Source: an uncultured Actinomycetota bacterium (GTDB taxonomy: Bacteria; Actinomycetota; Actinomycetes; JAHEKZ01). Taken from it: a stretch of 64,000 bases of DNA. The translations under genes were made by a program, and so were the position numbers. Under the pieces are notes generated by a model that worked only from the letters and a program-made list of their open reading frames with translations, made no database searches and had not been told where the DNA came from. This document shows, piece by piece, positions 42,528-61,632 of the stretch. Within the stretch, counting starts at the first letter, position 1. The number at the start of each line of letters is the position of its first letter. Where the stretch lies: assembly GCA_963829525.1 (NCBI GenBank), contig CAWHIJ010000003.1:1632001-1696000 (forward strand). Reading direction: 5' to 3'.

Positions 42528-45034
42528 TGCGCGTCCCCATGTCGTGGTTGCGCGACATCGTCAGCCTCCCTGACGACGTCACCGCACGTGAAGTTGCCGA
42601 GCGACTCATCTCGGTCGGCCTCGAGGTCGAGACCGTCGACCACGTCGGTGCCGACCTCGTGGGGCCGCTCGTCCTCGGCCGGGTGCTCACCTTCGCCGAG
42701 GAAGAGCACTCCAACGGCAAGACCGTCCGCTGGTGTCGGGTCGACGTCGGCGAACACAACGAGGTGGGCGCAGATGGCGAGCCCGATGGACGCGGAATCG
42801 TCTGCGGCGCGCGGAACTTCGCCATCGGTGACCTCGTCGTCGTGGCTCTGCCCGGCGCCGTGCTGCCTGGGGGTTTCGCCATCGCCGCCCGCAAGACCTA
42901 CGGACACGTGTCCGATGGCATGATCTGCTCGCCAAGCGAGCTTGGCGTTGGCGACGACCACGATGGCATCTGGATCCTTGCTCAAGACGCCGGCGCACCA
43001 GGCACAGATGCCTTAGGTGCGCTGGGACTACGTGACGACGTGCTCGACATCGCCGTCACGCCCGACCGTGGCTACGCGCTCTCCATGCGCGGTGTCGCCC
43101 GCGAGACTGCTGCTGCCTTCGACATCCCGTTCGTCGATCTCGTCCAGGCTCCAGAACCGGAAGCCTCGGACTCCTGGCCCGTCGAGGTCCACGACGGTCT
43201 CGGGTGCAGTCGCTTCGTCATGCGTTCGGTGTCAGGTCTGGACCCAAAGGCCGGCTCGCCGCACTGGATGCAGCAGCGGTTGCGCTTGGCTGGCATGCGT
43301 CCCATCTCGCTGGCAGTCGACATCACAAACTACGTGATGCTCGAGATCGGACAACCGCTGCACGCCTACGACCGCAGGAGATTGACCGGTCCCATTGTCG
43401 TGCGCCGCGCTAGCGCAGGTGAGAAGCTCCGGACGCTGGACGACGCGGTCCGCGATGTCGACGCCGACGACCTGCTGATCACCGATGACTCAGGGCCGAT
43501 CGGCATCGCAGGCGTCATGGGTGGTGCTTCCACTGAGATCGACGCGAGCAGCACCGAGATCGTGATCGAGGCCGCGCACTTCGACCCCCCGACGATCGCG
43601 CGGAGCGCCCGTCGTCACAAGCTGCCCAGCGAGGCCTCGCGACGGTTCGCCCGCGGCGTCGACAGCGCACTGCAGGAGGCAGCTGCAGAGCGGGCAGTGA
43701 CGCTACTCGCTGATCTTGGTGGGGCCGTCATTGAAGCCGGTCGCACGGTCGTCGAACAGCCTCGCAACCTGACGGCGATAGAGTTCGACCCGCAGGCCGC
43801 ATCCCGGTTGGTCGGCGTTGACTTCTCCGACGCGGAAGTAATCGGCTACGTCCAGCAGATCGGCTGCACGGTCATCGCGGGGAAGGCCGGGCGGTTTGAG
43901 GTGAGCGTTCCCTCTTGGCGGCCCGACATCGCGGTTGCTGCCGACCTGGTCGAAGAGGTGGCCCGGCTCCACGGCTACCAGCACATCCCTTCTGAGCTGC
44001 CGCCGGCTCCGGTCTCTTCTGGTCTCACGCTCGGTCAGCGAGTTCGGCGACGCGTCGGTGTCGTTCTCGCTGGGTCCGGTTACGTCGAGGTGCAGAGCTA
44101 CCCGTTCCTCTCGCCGCAGGTGCATGACGCGATGGGACTGCCAACTGATGACCCACGACGAAATGCACTGGTTCTGGCCAATCCCCTCTCTGACCAAGAG
44201 CCAGAGTTGCGCACGACCTTGCTGCCGGGTCTCTTCGCGACCATGCGCCGCAACGTCGGTCGTGGTGCTGATCACCTGGCCCTCTTCGAGATCGGCCTGG
44301 TCTACCGGCCAGAGCTCGGCAATCGGCATCCGCATCCACCACGTCCGGTGGTCGACCGTCGACCGACTGAGGACGAGCTGGCCGCCATCGACACACTGCT
44401 GCCACAGCAGCCACAGCGGGTGGCGGTCGTCCTGTCCGGCGAGCGTGAGCGGTCGGGCTGGTGGGGTCAGGGGCGTGCCGCCACCTGGGGCGATGCTATT
44501 GAAGCCGCTCATGCCGTCGCCCACGCGTGCGGAGTCGTGCTCAAAGTGGTGGCAGACGACCACGCTCCCTGGCACCCCGGCCGCTGTGCCGCACTCATGG
44601 TCGACGGCACGCTCGTCGGTCACGCCGGTGAGCTGCATCCCGAGGTCGTCGCCGGCTTCGGGCTGCCTGAGCGAACGGTTGCCATGGAGATCGACCTCGA
44701 CCTGCTGGCACCGACGACCGAGGTTCGGACCCCTGCGCCGAGGTTCTCCACGTATCCGGTGGCAAAGGAAGACCTGGCTCTTGTGGTCGACGAGTCCATC
44801 GCATCAGCAGAGGTCGCGGCAGCGCTGCTGCGTGGCGGAGGCGAGCTGGTGGAGTCCGTGCGGCTCTTCGACGTCTACAGCGGCGGGCAAGTCGGCGCCG
44901 GAAAGCGCTCGCTCGCCTTCGCACTTCGCATGCGGGCGGCCGACCACACGCTGACCCCCGACGAGGTGGCGGTCGCCCGGAACGGGGCCGTTGCTGAGGC
45001 GGGACGGGCAACGGGGGCGACCCTGCGCGCCTAG
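42527..45034 (+). CDS. pheT: Phenylalanine-tRNA ligase beta subunit
   Basis: MRVPMSWL, IVCGARNF, DIAVTPDRG, VDITNYVMLEIGQPLHAYD, PSWRPDI, LRTTLLPGL, RLFDVY. Confidence 0.98.
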
Positions 45035-45056
45035 ATTTTCGCCGAGCGGGGCCCCG

Positions 45057-45094
45057 ATTGATGGTCTATTCAGAACTCTGTATAGTTCTGCAGC
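45057..45094 (+). promoter_or_regulatory. argC promoter with two ARG boxes
   Basis: -35 TTGATG (45058-45063), 17 bp, -10 TATAGT (45081-45086); overlapped by two imperfect 18-bp palindromes (ATTGATGGTCTATTCAGA, TCTGTATAGTTCTGCAGC) 2 bp apart, the usual ArgR operator layout. Confidence 0.7.
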
Positions 45095-46150
45095 ATGACC
45101 CAGGTTGCCGCGGTGGTGGGCGCCTCCGGCTACGCCGGGGGAGAACTGCTGCGTCTGCTGACCGGGCACCCGACCATGAGCGCTGGCCCGGTGTTTGGGG
45201 CTTCGTCTGCCGGACGGCGCATCGGCGAGATCCACAGACACCTGCCAAGTCTGGCCAGCCGCACGATCGAGCCCATTGAGTCTGGCCTCTGGTCAGGTGC
45301 GCTCGCCGAGGCGGACGTGGTCTTCCTGGCGTTGCCGCACGGGCACTCGGGTGCCGTGGCTGCGCAGATCTCCGAAGAACGGGGCCCAGTAGTCATCGAC
45401 CTCGGGGCCGACCATCGACTCGCCGACGCGGGCGCGTGGACGACCTACTACGGATCGGACACGCCCTACGCGGGCGAGTGGACCTACGGGCTGCCCGAGC
45501 TTCCGGATGCCAGGGCCTTGATCGCCAAATCTCGCCAGGTAGCCAACCCTGGGTGCTACCCGACCGGGGTGGGGCTCGGGATGGCACCGCTGCTGGTCGA
45601 CGGACTCGCCGTTCCTGACGACGTCGTTGTCGTTGCGGCGTCGGGGACGTCGGGTGCCGGCCGCAGCGCGTCAACCAACATGTTGGGCTCGGAGGTGATG
45701 GGATCCCTGTCTGCCTACAAGGCTGGCGGAGCCCACCAGCACACACCTGAGATGGCCCAAACGCTGAGCCGCGCAGCTGGCACAGCGATTCCGGTTTCGT
45801 TCACCCCCATGCTCGCCCCGATGCCGCGGGGAATCCTGGCCACGACGACCGCTCCGTGCGCGCCGGGCGTTACGACCGACGACGTACGCCAGTGCCTGCT
45901 CGACAACTACCGGCATGAGTTGTTCATCCGCGTTCTGGACGACGACCTGTGGCCACGCACCGCCGACGTGCTCGGCAGCAACTCGGTGCATCTGCAGGTT
46001 GCCGTTGATACAGCCGCCCAGCGGGTTGTGGTGGTCAGCGCCATCGACAACCTCGTCAAAGGTGCCGCTGGTCAGGCGATCCAGAACGCCAACATCGTGC
46101 TCGGCCTCGACGAAGGGGCCGGGCTCGCCGCCGAGGGGGTGGCACCGTGA
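45095..46150 (+). CDS. argC: N-acetyl-gamma-glutamyl-phosphate reductase
   Basis: GASGYAGGEL, FLALPHG, YGLPE, ANPGCYPT, SGTSGAG, IDNLVKGAAGQAIQN. Confidence 0.97.
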   Translation: MTQVAAVVGASGYAGGELLRLLTGHPTMSAGPVFGASSAGRRIGEIHRHLPSLASRTIEPIESGLWSGALAEADVVFLALPHGHSGAVAAQISEERGPVVIDLGADHRLADAGAWTTYYGSDTPYAGEWTYGLPELPDARALIAKSRQVANPGCYPTGVGLGMAPLLVDGLAVPDDVVVVAASGTSGAGRSASTNMLGSEVMGSLSAYKAGGAHQHTPEMAQTLSRAAGTAIPVSFTPMLAPMPRGILATTTAPCAPGVTTDDVRQCLLDNYRHELFIRVLDDDLWPRTADVLGSNSVHLQVAVDTAAQRVVVVSAIDNLVKGAAGQAIQNANIVLGLDEGAGLAAEGVAP

Positions 46151-47331
46151 CGGGGGACGCCACGTCTGGGGGAGTCACCACCTCGCGCGGGTTCCGCGCG
46201 TCCGGGGTAGCCGCCGGTCTGAAGACCAGTGGCGCCCCGGACGTCGCGCTCGTCGTCAACGACGGCCCTGAGCTGAGTGCTGCGGCAGTGTTGACCCGGA
46301 ACCGAGTCCGGGCTGCTCCGGTGACGTGGACCGAGCGAGTGGTGGCCGACGGTTCTCTCCGCGCCGTTGTACTCAACTCCGGTGGCGCGAATGCATGCAC
46401 TGGTCCGGGTGGCTCTGCCGACACAGCCGCGACGGCAGCGCTGGTCGCCAAGGGGCTCGGTTGTGAAAGTGACGAGATCGCCGTCTGCTCGACGGGGTTG
46501 ATCGGTGTGCGGCTTCCCATGGACCGTCTCACCGATGGCGTGCGGACGGCGATTGACCAGCTTGGCTCCGACGGTGGCCGCGACGCGGCAGCGGCGATCA
46601 TGACTACTGACACCTGCCCCAAGACGGCATCGGCAACGAGGTCGGGAGTCACTGTGGCCGGCATGGCCAAAGGCGCGGGCATGCTCGCACCAGGGCTGGC
46701 AACGATGCTCTCGGTCATCACCACTGATGCTGCGGTGGCTCCAGCCACCTTGGACGCTGCACTTCGCACTGCAACGTCACTCACCTTCGACAGGCTCGAC
46801 TCCGACGGATGTATGTCGACCAACGACTCCGTGGTTGCGATGGCCAGCGGGGCGTCAGGCGTGATGGTCGGACGTGACCTGGATGAACAACAGTTTGTCG
46901 CGCTGATGATCGACGTCTGCCGCGACCTCGCCCGCCAGCTTCTCGCAGACGCGGAAGGAGCCAGTAAACAGATCGAGATCACCGTGATGGGCGCCGCTTC
47001 AGAGACTGACGCCGTGGCTGTCGCTCGATCAGTTGCGCGCAGCAGCTTGTTCAAGTGCGCGATTCACGGCGAGGACCCGAACTGGGGTCGGGTGTTGGCT
47101 GCGGTAGGGACGACTGATGCGACGTTCGACCCTGAATCACTCGCGATTGTCATCAATGGCGTTCCTTTGGCGGCAGCCGGAGCAGCGGTGACCGAGAACC
47201 CGGTCGTCGACCTCGCCGGCACCAGGGTCAGTGTCGAGATCAACCTCGGAGCCGGTGAGGACCAGGGGTGGGTCTGGACCAACGACCTCACTGCGGCTTA
47301 CGTGTACGAGAACTCGGCGTACTCGTCATGA
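46147..47331 (+). CDS. argJ: Ornithine acetyltransferase / N-acetylglutamate synthase
   Basis: [49 protein letters not shown]. Confidence 0.97.
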   Translation: MTGDATSGGVTTSRGFRASGVAAGLKTSGAPDVALVVNDGPELSAAAVLTRNRVRAAPVTWTERVVADGSLRAVVLNSGGANACTGPGGSADTAATAALVAKGLGCESDEIAVCSTGLIGVRLPMDRLTDGVRTAIDQLGSDGGRDAAAAIMTTDTCPKTASATRSGVTVAGMAKGAGMLAPGLATMLSVITTDAAVAPATLDAALRTATSLTFDRLDSDGCMSTNDSVVAMASGASGVMVGRDLDEQQFVALMIDVCRDLARQLLADAEGASKQIEITVMGAASETDAVAVARSVARSSLFKCAIHGEDPNWGRVLAAVGTTDATFDPESLAIVINGVPLAAAGAAVTENPVVDLAGTRVSVEINLGAGEDQGWVWTNDLTAAYVYENSAYSS

Positions 47332-48287
47332 CCACCACCTTGACCCTGCAAGTCGTCACGCATGCAGCCGACTCCACTAACGCGGGAGCTGCGGCCAAGG
47401 CGGCGACCCTCGCGGAGGCGCTGCCCTGGCTCGAGGAGTTCGGTGGTGCGACCGTCGTGGTCAAGTACGGCGGCAACGCCATGGTGGACGAAGACCTGCA
47501 GGAGTCCTTCGCCTCCGACATCGTCTTCTTGAGGCGTGTGGGTCTGCGTCCCGTTGTCGTTCACGGCGGGGGTCCGCAGATTTCGCACATGCTCGATCGG
47601 CTCGGCGTGGAGTCGGAGTTCGTCGGCGGCCTGCGGGTGACCACACCGGAGGCGATGGATGTGGTTCGCATGGTTCTCACTGGACAGGTTCAGCGTCAGC
47701 TGGTCAGTCGCATCAACCAGCACGGTGCGCTAGCCGTTGGTCTCTCGGGGGAGGACGCCCACCTGTTTACGGCCCTGCGACGCACCACGCTTGACGATGG
47801 TTCGCAGGCTGATCTCGGGCAGGTTGGTGATCTCGTGTCCGTTGACGCAGCCTTCGTCCGAACCGTTCTGGCAGACGGGTTGGTACCCGTGGTCTCCAGC
47901 GTGGCACGCGGAGACGACGGCTCGACGTACAACATCAACGCCGACACCGCGGCGGCGGCTCTCGCTGTCGAGCTAAGTGCCCGCAAGCTGGTGATGCTGA
48001 CCGACGTGCCGGGTGTCTATGCCAACTGGCCGGATACCGCCGAGATCATCAGCGAGGTTTCCGCAGAACAGCTCAGAGCCCTGGTTCCGACCCTGAGCGA
48101 GGGGATGATCCCCAAGCTCACGGCATGTCTCGCCGCCGTCGATGGGGGGGTGCGACAGGCGCACGTCCTCGACGGACGGGTGCCCCACGCGCTTCTTCTT
48201 GAGGTCTTCACCGACGCGGGTGTCGGCACGCTGGTCGTGCCCGACGACGTCGCTGCGTCGACTGCCACGGGCGAGGAGGTCAGCTGA
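47328..48287 (+). CDS. argB: Acetylglutamate kinase
   Basis: [42 protein letters not shown]. Confidence 0.97.
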   Translation: MTTTLTLQVVTHAADSTNAGAAAKAATLAEALPWLEEFGGATVVVKYGGNAMVDEDLQESFASDIVFLRRVGLRPVVVHGGGPQISHMLDRLGVESEFVGGLRVTTPEAMDVVRMVLTGQVQRQLVSRINQHGALAVGLSGEDAHLFTALRRTTLDDGSQADLGQVGDLVSVDAAFVRTVLADGLVPVVSSVARGDDGSTYNINADTAAAALAVELSARKLVMLTDVPGVYANWPDTAEIISEVSAEQLRALVPTLSEGMIPKLTACLAAVDGGVRQAHVLDGRVPHALLLEVFTDAGVGTLVVPDDVAASTATGEEVS

Positions 48288-48906
48288 TGGCCGTCGCAAA
48301 GACCAAGGCGGCACGCCAACAACGGATCATCGATCTCCTGGCGACCTACGAGGTCAGATCGCAAGCTGACCTGGCACGGCTGCTGGCCGGGGACGACGTT
48401 GACGTGACGCAGGCGACGTTGTCCCGTGATCTCGACGAGCTCGGGGCTGTTCGAGTGCGCACCTCCGACGGTCACCTGGTCTACGCCGTTGCTCCCGAGG
48501 GAGGCTCACGCGTGCTGGTCGCCGCTGGCGAGGATCACGCCGCCATGGAGCGCTTGACCCGACGGCTGGGCGAGCTGTTGGTCTCGGCCGACCACTCAGC
48601 GAATCTCGTTGTGTTGCGTACGCCGCCCGGTGGAGCGCACTTTCTGGCGTCGGCCATCGACCACAGCCTGCTGACCAGCGTGATCGGAACCATCGCCGGG
48701 GACGACACCGTCATGTTGGTCACCAAGAGCCCCGAAGGCGGCGCTGCCGTCGTTGCAGAGCTCCTCGCTGCTGCCGAGCACGCGCGCCCTGAGCCGCTCT
48801 GGGGTTCATCGACACCGGGTTCATCGACACCGGGTTCATCAACACCGAGTTCATCGACACCGGGTTCATCACCAGCGAGTTCATCACCACGCAAGAGGAG
48901 ATCGTC

Positions 48907-48910
<4 letters not shown>
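48287..48910 (+). CDS. argR: Arginine repressor (repeat-extended C-terminus)
   Basis: [35 protein letters not shown]. Confidence 0.96.
48803..48892 (+). repeat. 15-bp tandem repeat x6 in the argR 3' end (GSSTP repeats)
   Basis: RGTTCATCRACACCG units from 48803, degenerating toward 48892. Confidence 0.95.
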
Positions 48911-51577
<2,667 letters not shown>

Positions 51578-51595
51578 CCCGAGGGCGGAGTTCTT

Positions 51596-52216
51596 GTGAA
51601 GCTGAAGCGCTCCGATCTCGACGGGCCGGCGGAGGATGTCGCTCCGACCTTGCTCGGAGCATCACTGACGCACCGAATGGCGACAGGTGACGTCAGTGTC
51701 CGGATCACCGAGGTGGAGGCCTACGGCGGCCCAGGCACTGACCCGGCCTCGCATGCGCACCGTGGTCGAACGCCGCGGAACGAAGTGATGTTCGCGCGAC
51801 CAGGAACCCTCTATGTCTATTTCGTCTACGGCATGCACTGGTGCGCAAACATCGTCTGCGGGGCGGTAGGAGAAGCATCGGCGGTCCTGCTCCGAGCCGG
51901 CGAGGTGGTGCAGGGAGACCACATTGCGCGCGAGCGTCGTCCCACGTCACGACGCCACAGCGAGTTGGCCAGAGGACCGGGCAACCTGGCGATGAGCCTC
52001 GGCATCACCGGTTCAGCGAACGGTTGCGACCTCTTCGGGGAAGGATCTGTGCTCTGGCTTTCCGGGTCGACGGCCGGGCTGTTGGCCCCCTCTGACGTAG
52101 GCGCCGGGCCTCGGGTGGGCGTTCGCCAGGCCGGGGATCGACCTTGGCGATGGTGGATCAAGGATGAATCGACGGTCAGTCGCTATCGGCGCCATGCCGG
52201 TGATGCGCCAAGATGA
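51596..52216 (+). CDS. 3-methyladenine DNA glycosylase (MPG/AAG family)
   Basis: [51 protein letters not shown]. Confidence 0.92.
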   Translation: MKLKRSDLDGPAEDVAPTLLGASLTHRMATGDVSVRITEVEAYGGPGTDPASHAHRGRTPRNEVMFARPGTLYVYFVYGMHWCANIVCGAVGEASAVLLRAGEVVQGDHIARERRPTSRRHSELARGPGNLAMSLGITGSANGCDLFGEGSVLWLSGSTAGLLAPSDVGAGPRVGVRQAGDRPWRWWIKDESTVSRYRRHAGDAPR

Positions 52217-52220
52217 TCGG

Positions 52221-53492
52221 GTGCCCAACGACATCATCGACGACCTGGCCTGGCGCGAACTGATCGCGCAAAGCACCGACCAAGGTGCACTTGCCGAGCA
52301 CTTCCGCACTGGGTCCCGCACCCTTTACAGCGGATTTGACCCGACAGCGCCCAGCCTCCACGTTGGCCACCTGCTACAGGTCTTGACTCTGCGCCGGTTC
52401 CAGGAGGCTGGTCACCGTCCGCTTGCTCTGGTTGGGGGGGCAACCGGGTTGATCGGGGATCCGCGCACCAGCGGCGAGCGCCAGTTGCACGACCCGCAGC
52501 TAGTCGCCAGCTGGGTCGATCGCATTCGCAGCCAGCTCTCGCAGTTCCTCGAGTTCTCAGACCAGCACGATGCGCCGGCTGAGCTGGTGAACAACCTCGA
52601 GTGGACGCAGTCGATGTCAGCTATCGAGCTGTTGCGCGACATCGGCAAGCACTTCTCGGTGAACCGCATGCTGGACCGAGAGGCGGTCGCCGCACGTCTG
52701 GCGTCGACTGGGATCAGCTACACCGAGTTCAGCTACCAGCTGCTCCAGTCAAACGACTACCTCGAGCTCTTTCGACGCAACGACTGCACGCTGCAGATCG
52801 GTGGATCGGACCAGTGGGGGAACATCACCGCCGGTGTTGACCTGATCAGGCGGGTAACCGGCGAGCATGCCCACGCGCTGACCACACCGTTGCTGACGAA
52901 GTCAGATGGGCAGAAGTTTGGCAAGAGTGAAGGTGGGGCCGTCTGGCTCGACCCGGCGCTGACATCGCCATACGCCTTCTACCAGTTCTGGATCAACACC
53001 GAGGACGCTCTGGTGTCCTCCCTGCTGCGGCGGGTGACGTTCCGCGACCGTGAGGAGATCCTTGAGATTGAGGCCGAGACCGCCGAGCGTCCTCATCTGC
53101 GGACCGGGCAGCGTGTCCTTGCTGAAGACGTCACCACCTTGGTGCACGGCGTCGAGCACACGGCCAGCGTGCAGGCCGCGAGCGCAGCGCTCTTCGGCAA
53201 GGGCGAACTCGCCGCGATTGACGCAGGGACACTCGGGGCTGCCCTATCTGAGGCTCCTCATGTGAGCGTGCCTGCCGGGGAGCTGCCGCTGGTTGTCGAT
53301 CTTCTGGTGGCTACCGAGCTTTCCGCGAGCAAGTCTGCGGCACGCCGGGCGATCGACGAGGGAGGCGCCTACGTCAACAACGCGCGGCTGACCGATCCCG
53401 AATGGCGTCCGGGCGCTGAAGATCTGGTGCACGGGCGCTGGCTCGTCCTCAGGCGCGGAAAGCGCGCCATCGCCGGAGTCGAGGTGGTCTAG
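52221..53492 (+). CDS. tyrS: Tyrosine-tRNA ligase
   Basis: [52 protein letters not shown]-terminal S4 domain RRGK. Confidence 0.98.
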   Translation: MPNDIIDDLAWRELIAQSTDQGALAEHFRTGSRTLYSGFDPTAPSLHVGHLLQVLTLRRFQEAGHRPLALVGGATGLIGDPRTSGERQLHDPQLVASWVDRIRSQLSQFLEFSDQHDAPAELVNNLEWTQSMSAIELLRDIGKHFSVNRMLDREAVAARLASTGISYTEFSYQLLQSNDYLELFRRNDCTLQIGGSDQWGNITAGVDLIRRVTGEHAHALTTPLLTKSDGQKFGKSEGGAVWLDPALTSPYAFYQFWINTEDALVSSLLRRVTFRDREEILEIEAETAERPHLRTGQRVLAEDVTTLVHGVEHTASVQAASAALFGKGELAAIDAGTLGAALSEAPHVSVPAGELPLVVDLLVATELSASKSAARRAIDEGGAYVNNARLTDPEWRPGAEDLVHGRWLVLRRGKRAIAGVEVV

Positions 53493-53524
53493 CTGCGTCT
53501 GGCCGCCTCGCTCGGATGCGTCGA

Positions 53525-53900
53525 TTTGACCGAGGAAGAGCGTGCGTCATAGTGTCTGCGACGCGCTCCACGAGGAACGGACATCACGGCCGGTCGTGGA
53601 GGGCGCTTTGACTCCGAACAGCGGCCTTGGCCGTGATGCGGAGTCGGTCACAACGACCATCTCGATGGTCTGCAGGAATGGTCCGGCCCCACGTGGGGAG
53701 TTCAGCACTCACCGTGCTAACGTTCGGACCCTGGCAGCAGCAGCCGTACCGGTAACGGCAACGGCGTCCGGCCAGAGACGAGATTCACCGATTTGGACCA
53801 TCCAGTCAGGCGTGATAACCTGACTCAGTTGCCCTGAAAACGGCCGGAAACGGTCCCCTTCAGTGCGCGCTCGAACCTTGAGAACTCAACAGTGTGTCAA
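53525..53900 (+). promoter_or_regulatory. rRNA operon promoter/leader region (tandem promoters, processing stem)
   Basis: TTGACC..CATAGT (53526-53553), TAACGT (~53718), TTGGAC..TAACCT (~53792-53821); CCTTGAGAACTCAACAGTGTG is complementary to post-16S CACACTGTTGGGTCCTGAGG. Confidence 0.6.
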
Positions 53901-54042
53901 ACAGCAATGCCAAGCATTTGGCGCTCGTGACGTCAGACCCCGTCTGCCGGACACGAGCAAAACGAGAACCAACTCTCCCTTCGGGGTGAGTTGTGGGATC
54001 ACTGTTGACCGTCTTCGACGGGCAGCAGAAACTCAAAGTTTT

Positions 54043-55568
<1,526 letters not shown>

Positions 55569-55998
55569 AGCACCTGGCTCCACAGCTTCGGCCGTGGGGT
55601 CCAGAGCCTTTTGAGTGGGCATCAGTCCCACCGAGGTTGCTCATGGGTGGAACATTGCTGAGTGGGTGTCAGATCCCTTTTCGTCAGTACTGCGCCGGCT
55701 TGCCGGTGTGTGGAAACTCGAATGGGGCCGAGATGCCCGACACACTGTTGGGTCCTGAGGGTTCGGGCCACTACCGAGCACCTGCTCCGCCTTCTGGCGT
55801 GGTCGGGTGCTCGAAGTGTCTCTCCTTCTGGTCAAGCCGTGCTCACTGTGTGAGCTCGGCGAGACGGGGCCGCATGCGCTTCGCACTGTCGTGATCTCAC
55901 GACACACGAAGAATGACGCAGGCGGGCTGCCCGTACCTTGAGAACTGCACAGTGGACGCGAGCATCCAATAAATCTTTGTGGTCAATATGATCAATTT

Positions 55999-59120
<3,122 letters not shown>

Positions 59121-59214
59121 ATACAAAGATTTGCGTGTGTAAGCGTCCACTGTGCGGTTCTTGAGTTGCGGTCGGTTGTTCCGATTCACTCGGAGCCCCG
59201 AACAACTCCATAGA

Positions 59215-59333
59215 GTTTCGGTGGCCATAGCGAAGGGGAAACGCCCGGTCCCATTCCGAACCCGGAAGCTAAGCCCTTCAGCGCCAATGGTACTGCGTGG
59301 GAGACTGCGTGGGAGAGTAGGACGCCGCCGGAC
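59215..59333 (+). rRNA. rrf: 5S ribosomal RNA
   Basis: GGTGGCCATAGCG..CCCGGTCCCATTCCGAACCCGGAAGCTAAG..GGGAGAGTAGGACGCCGCCGGAC. Confidence 0.97.
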
Positions 59334-59340
59334 ATTCTTT

Positions 59341-59374
59341 CGACGAGGGGTCACCAACAGGTGGCCCCTCGTCG
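59341..59374 (+). terminator. Strong hairpin after the 5S rRNA
   Basis: CGACGAGGGGTCACC-aaca-GGTGGCCCCTCGTCG; no strong U tail on the + strand. Confidence 0.65.
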
Positions 59375-59419
59375 CATGTCCAGATGTTGTTGCGCATTTG
59401 ATCGTCATCAGGGAGCACT

Positions 59420-60229
59420 ATGTCCGACTCCTCGGAGTCTTCGCGGTCTCGTGATCGCAGGCCCCCGCGACGCCCGTCCTCGTCCAATCCCCCCTCTCGA
59501 GGCGACGATCGGCGTCCGGCGGCGAAGCGACCGCCCTCGGACCGACCGGCCTCCGGCAGACCTGCTGAGCCCGAGATTCCTGACGACGTCACGTGGCACG
59601 ATCTCGACCGCGATGCGCGCGCTGAGCTGCGTTCGCTGCCCAAAGAGTTGGCCGAGCGCGTCGGTGGTCACCTGGCGATGGCGGGGATCTTGATCGACAC
59701 CGATCCGGTGGCAGCCCGCAGCCATGCTGCCGTGGCGCGTCGGCTTGCGTCTCGAGTGGCCGGGGTGCGCGAAGCCAGTGCCCTCACCGCCTATGCCTGC
59801 GGTGACTTCGAGACGGCGCTGACCGAGCTGAGGGCCTATCGGCGCATGAGCGGTGATCAATCGCATCTGCCGCTGATGGCTGACTGTGAACGAGGCATGG
59901 GTCGCCCCGAACGTGCCCTGGAGCTGGGCGCAAGTCCAGAGGGGAAGCGGCTATCCCCAGAAGTGGCCAGGGAGCTACGCATCGTCGTGGCCGGCGCCAG
60001 GTCTGATCTCGGGCAGCATGATGCGGCGCTGCAGCACTTGGAGGCCGATCCGGGACTCCGAGCCGGCGTCGGGGACGTCTCGGTTCTCCGCCTCCGATAT
60101 GCCTATGCAGACGCCCTTGAGCGCGCCGGGCGCGTCAGCGATGCGGCGCAATGGTTCTCGATGATCGCTCGCGCAGACATCGGCGAAGTCACCGATGCGG
60201 CCGAGCGGGTCTCAGGGGAATCCTGCTAG
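59420..60229 (+). CDS. Conserved actinobacterial TPR-like protein found downstream of rrn operons (Rv1691-like)
   Basis: EPEIPDDVT..LD..RAELRSLPKELAERVGGHL..VREA..ELRAYRRMSG..MADCERGMGRPERAL..RLRYAYADAL..TDAAER. Confidence 0.75.
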   Translation: MSDSSESSRSRDRRPPRRPSSSNPPSRGDDRRPAAKRPPSDRPASGRPAEPEIPDDVTWHDLDRDARAELRSLPKELAERVGGHLAMAGILIDTDPVAARSHAAVARRLASRVAGVREASALTAYACGDFETALTELRAYRRMSGDQSHLPLMADCERGMGRPERALELGASPEGKRLSPEVARELRIVVAGARSDLGQHDAALQHLEADPGLRAGVGDVSVLRLRYAYADALERAGRVSDAAQWFSMIARADIGEVTDAAERVSGESC

Positions 60230-60255
60230 CAGTTCGCCTCTGGCGCGAGAAACCC

Positions 60256-61332
60256 CTACAGGGGATCGGCGGCAGACTTCTCTTTTCCCCACTCCGGCTT
60301 CGGATCGTCGGTGATCGAATCGCCCTGGTAGCGCGGCGGAGTTCCGCTGGCCGAGGCCCACACCAACCGCCAGAACGGGACGTTTGGGTCGTGCTGCGGC
60401 TTGTGCTGGAAGCCGTTGGTGCTGCGAACCACCGTCCAAATGACTGGACCGATGAGTACGAGCGCAAGGGCTCCCAGACCGACCCACATCGGTGGGACGC
60501 CGACCAGCTTGAGCCCGCTGGCAAAGAGCACGAGAACGAGTGCGCGCCTGATGATCCCGGCCTGCCCCCGCGAGGAGACCCTGGCGCCGAGGTAGACCCC
60601 GGGCAGCGCTCCCAGCAGCAGGGCAACTGCGACCTCGGGGTGGAACTCACCGAGGACCACATAGGTCAGCGCTGCAGCTCCGACCAGCGGGACGGCCTGC
60701 ACGAGGTCGGTGCCGACCAGGCCACCGGCCCGCAGACGCGGGTACAGGAGCAGGAGGCCGACAATGATGAGCGAACCCGATCCGACCGAGGTCATGCCGA
60801 CCACGACACCACCAACGATGCCGATCATGAGGGTGGGGATGGGTTTGACGGTGATGCCGAAGACCGAGTCATCACTTTGCCCCAGGACTCCCTCCGACTG
60901 GTCTCGGTAGTACTGGCGCAGGGAGAAGACCGCCTTGCCGACCATCGTGAGCACAGACAGCAGCAGGGCGGTTCCGAGCGCTGTCTTGATCAGCGTCGCG
61001 ACCGCCTCGCTGTCACCGATGGAGGTGACGATGACGACCCCCAAGATGGCGGCGGGAACCGATCCGATCACCAGCCACTTCACCAGCTGCAGGTTGACCG
61101 TTCCTCGTCGCAGGTGCACGCCAGCCCCCACGGGCTTCATGCACAGCGAGACGATGAGGTCGCTGCTCACGGCAGTCACCGGGTCGATGCCGAAGAAGAG
61201 AATCAGGATGGGCGTCATGAGGGCCCCGCCGCCCATTCCGGTGAGCCCGACCACGAACCCGACGAGGACTCCGGCGATCACCAGTCCAACGTCGAGGGAG
61301 AACCAGCCGAAGAAGTCGACGGTCGTATCCAT
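60256..61332 (-). CDS. Sulfite exporter TauE/SafE family membrane protein
   Basis: GFVVGLTGMGGGALMTP, AVSSDL, GMTSVGSGSL, LVGTDLVQAVPL; start at 61332 (ATG) or 61362 (TTG). Confidence 0.9.
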   Translation of the reverse strand: MDTTVDFFGWFSLDVGLVIAGVLVGFVVGLTGMGGGALMTPILILFFGIDPVTAVSSDLIVSLCMKPVGAGVHLRRGTVNLQLVKWLVIGSVPAAILGVVIVTSIGDSEAVATLIKTALGTALLLSVLTMVGKAVFSLRQYYRDQSEGVLGQSDDSVFGITVKPIPTLMIGIVGGVVVGMTSVGSGSLIIVGLLLLYPRLRAGGLVGTDLVQAVPLVGAAALTYVVLGEFHPEVAVALLLGALPGVYLGARVSSRGQAGIIRRALVLVLFASGLKLVGVPPMWVGLGALALVLIGPVIWTVVRSTNGFQHKPQHDPNVPFWRLVWASASGTPPRYQGDSITDDPKPEWGKEKSAADPL

Positions 61333-61381
61333 AACGAGTGTCTTCTTTCGTGAAAATGCCAAGCCGAGGCGGGATGAGACC

Positions 61382-61404
61382 TTTCCGACAAAGTAAGTAG
61401 GAAA
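61382..61404. promoter_or_regulatory. Palindromic operator, CymR/Rrf2-like, upstream of the TauE gene
   Basis: TTTCCGAC-AAAGTAA-GTAGGAAA (8-7-8, one mismatch). Confidence 0.5.
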
Positions 61405-61526
61405 AGCCTACCGCAGGAAGGGAGTGCCGTTGGGAGTTTTCCGCGTCTGTCACCCGGCTCCATTCCTTGGGTCGCTGCCCGGCCCTGCAGTCCGTGCGGC
61501 CAACCCACAGCAAGAGGACTGGTCGT

Positions 61527-61535
61527 TTATCCACA
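61527..61535 (+). promoter_or_regulatory. DnaA-box consensus upstream of the ssb-like gene
   Basis: Exact TTATCCACA, single copy. Confidence 0.35.
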
Positions 61536-61632
61536 TGGTGTACCGGCAGGGCGGCCGATGGTCTAGACGATGGGGCAGGGTTCCTTCGCCGGGGTCACCG
61601 GTGCACGGGACGGACCAGTGGGAGGGCAAACC

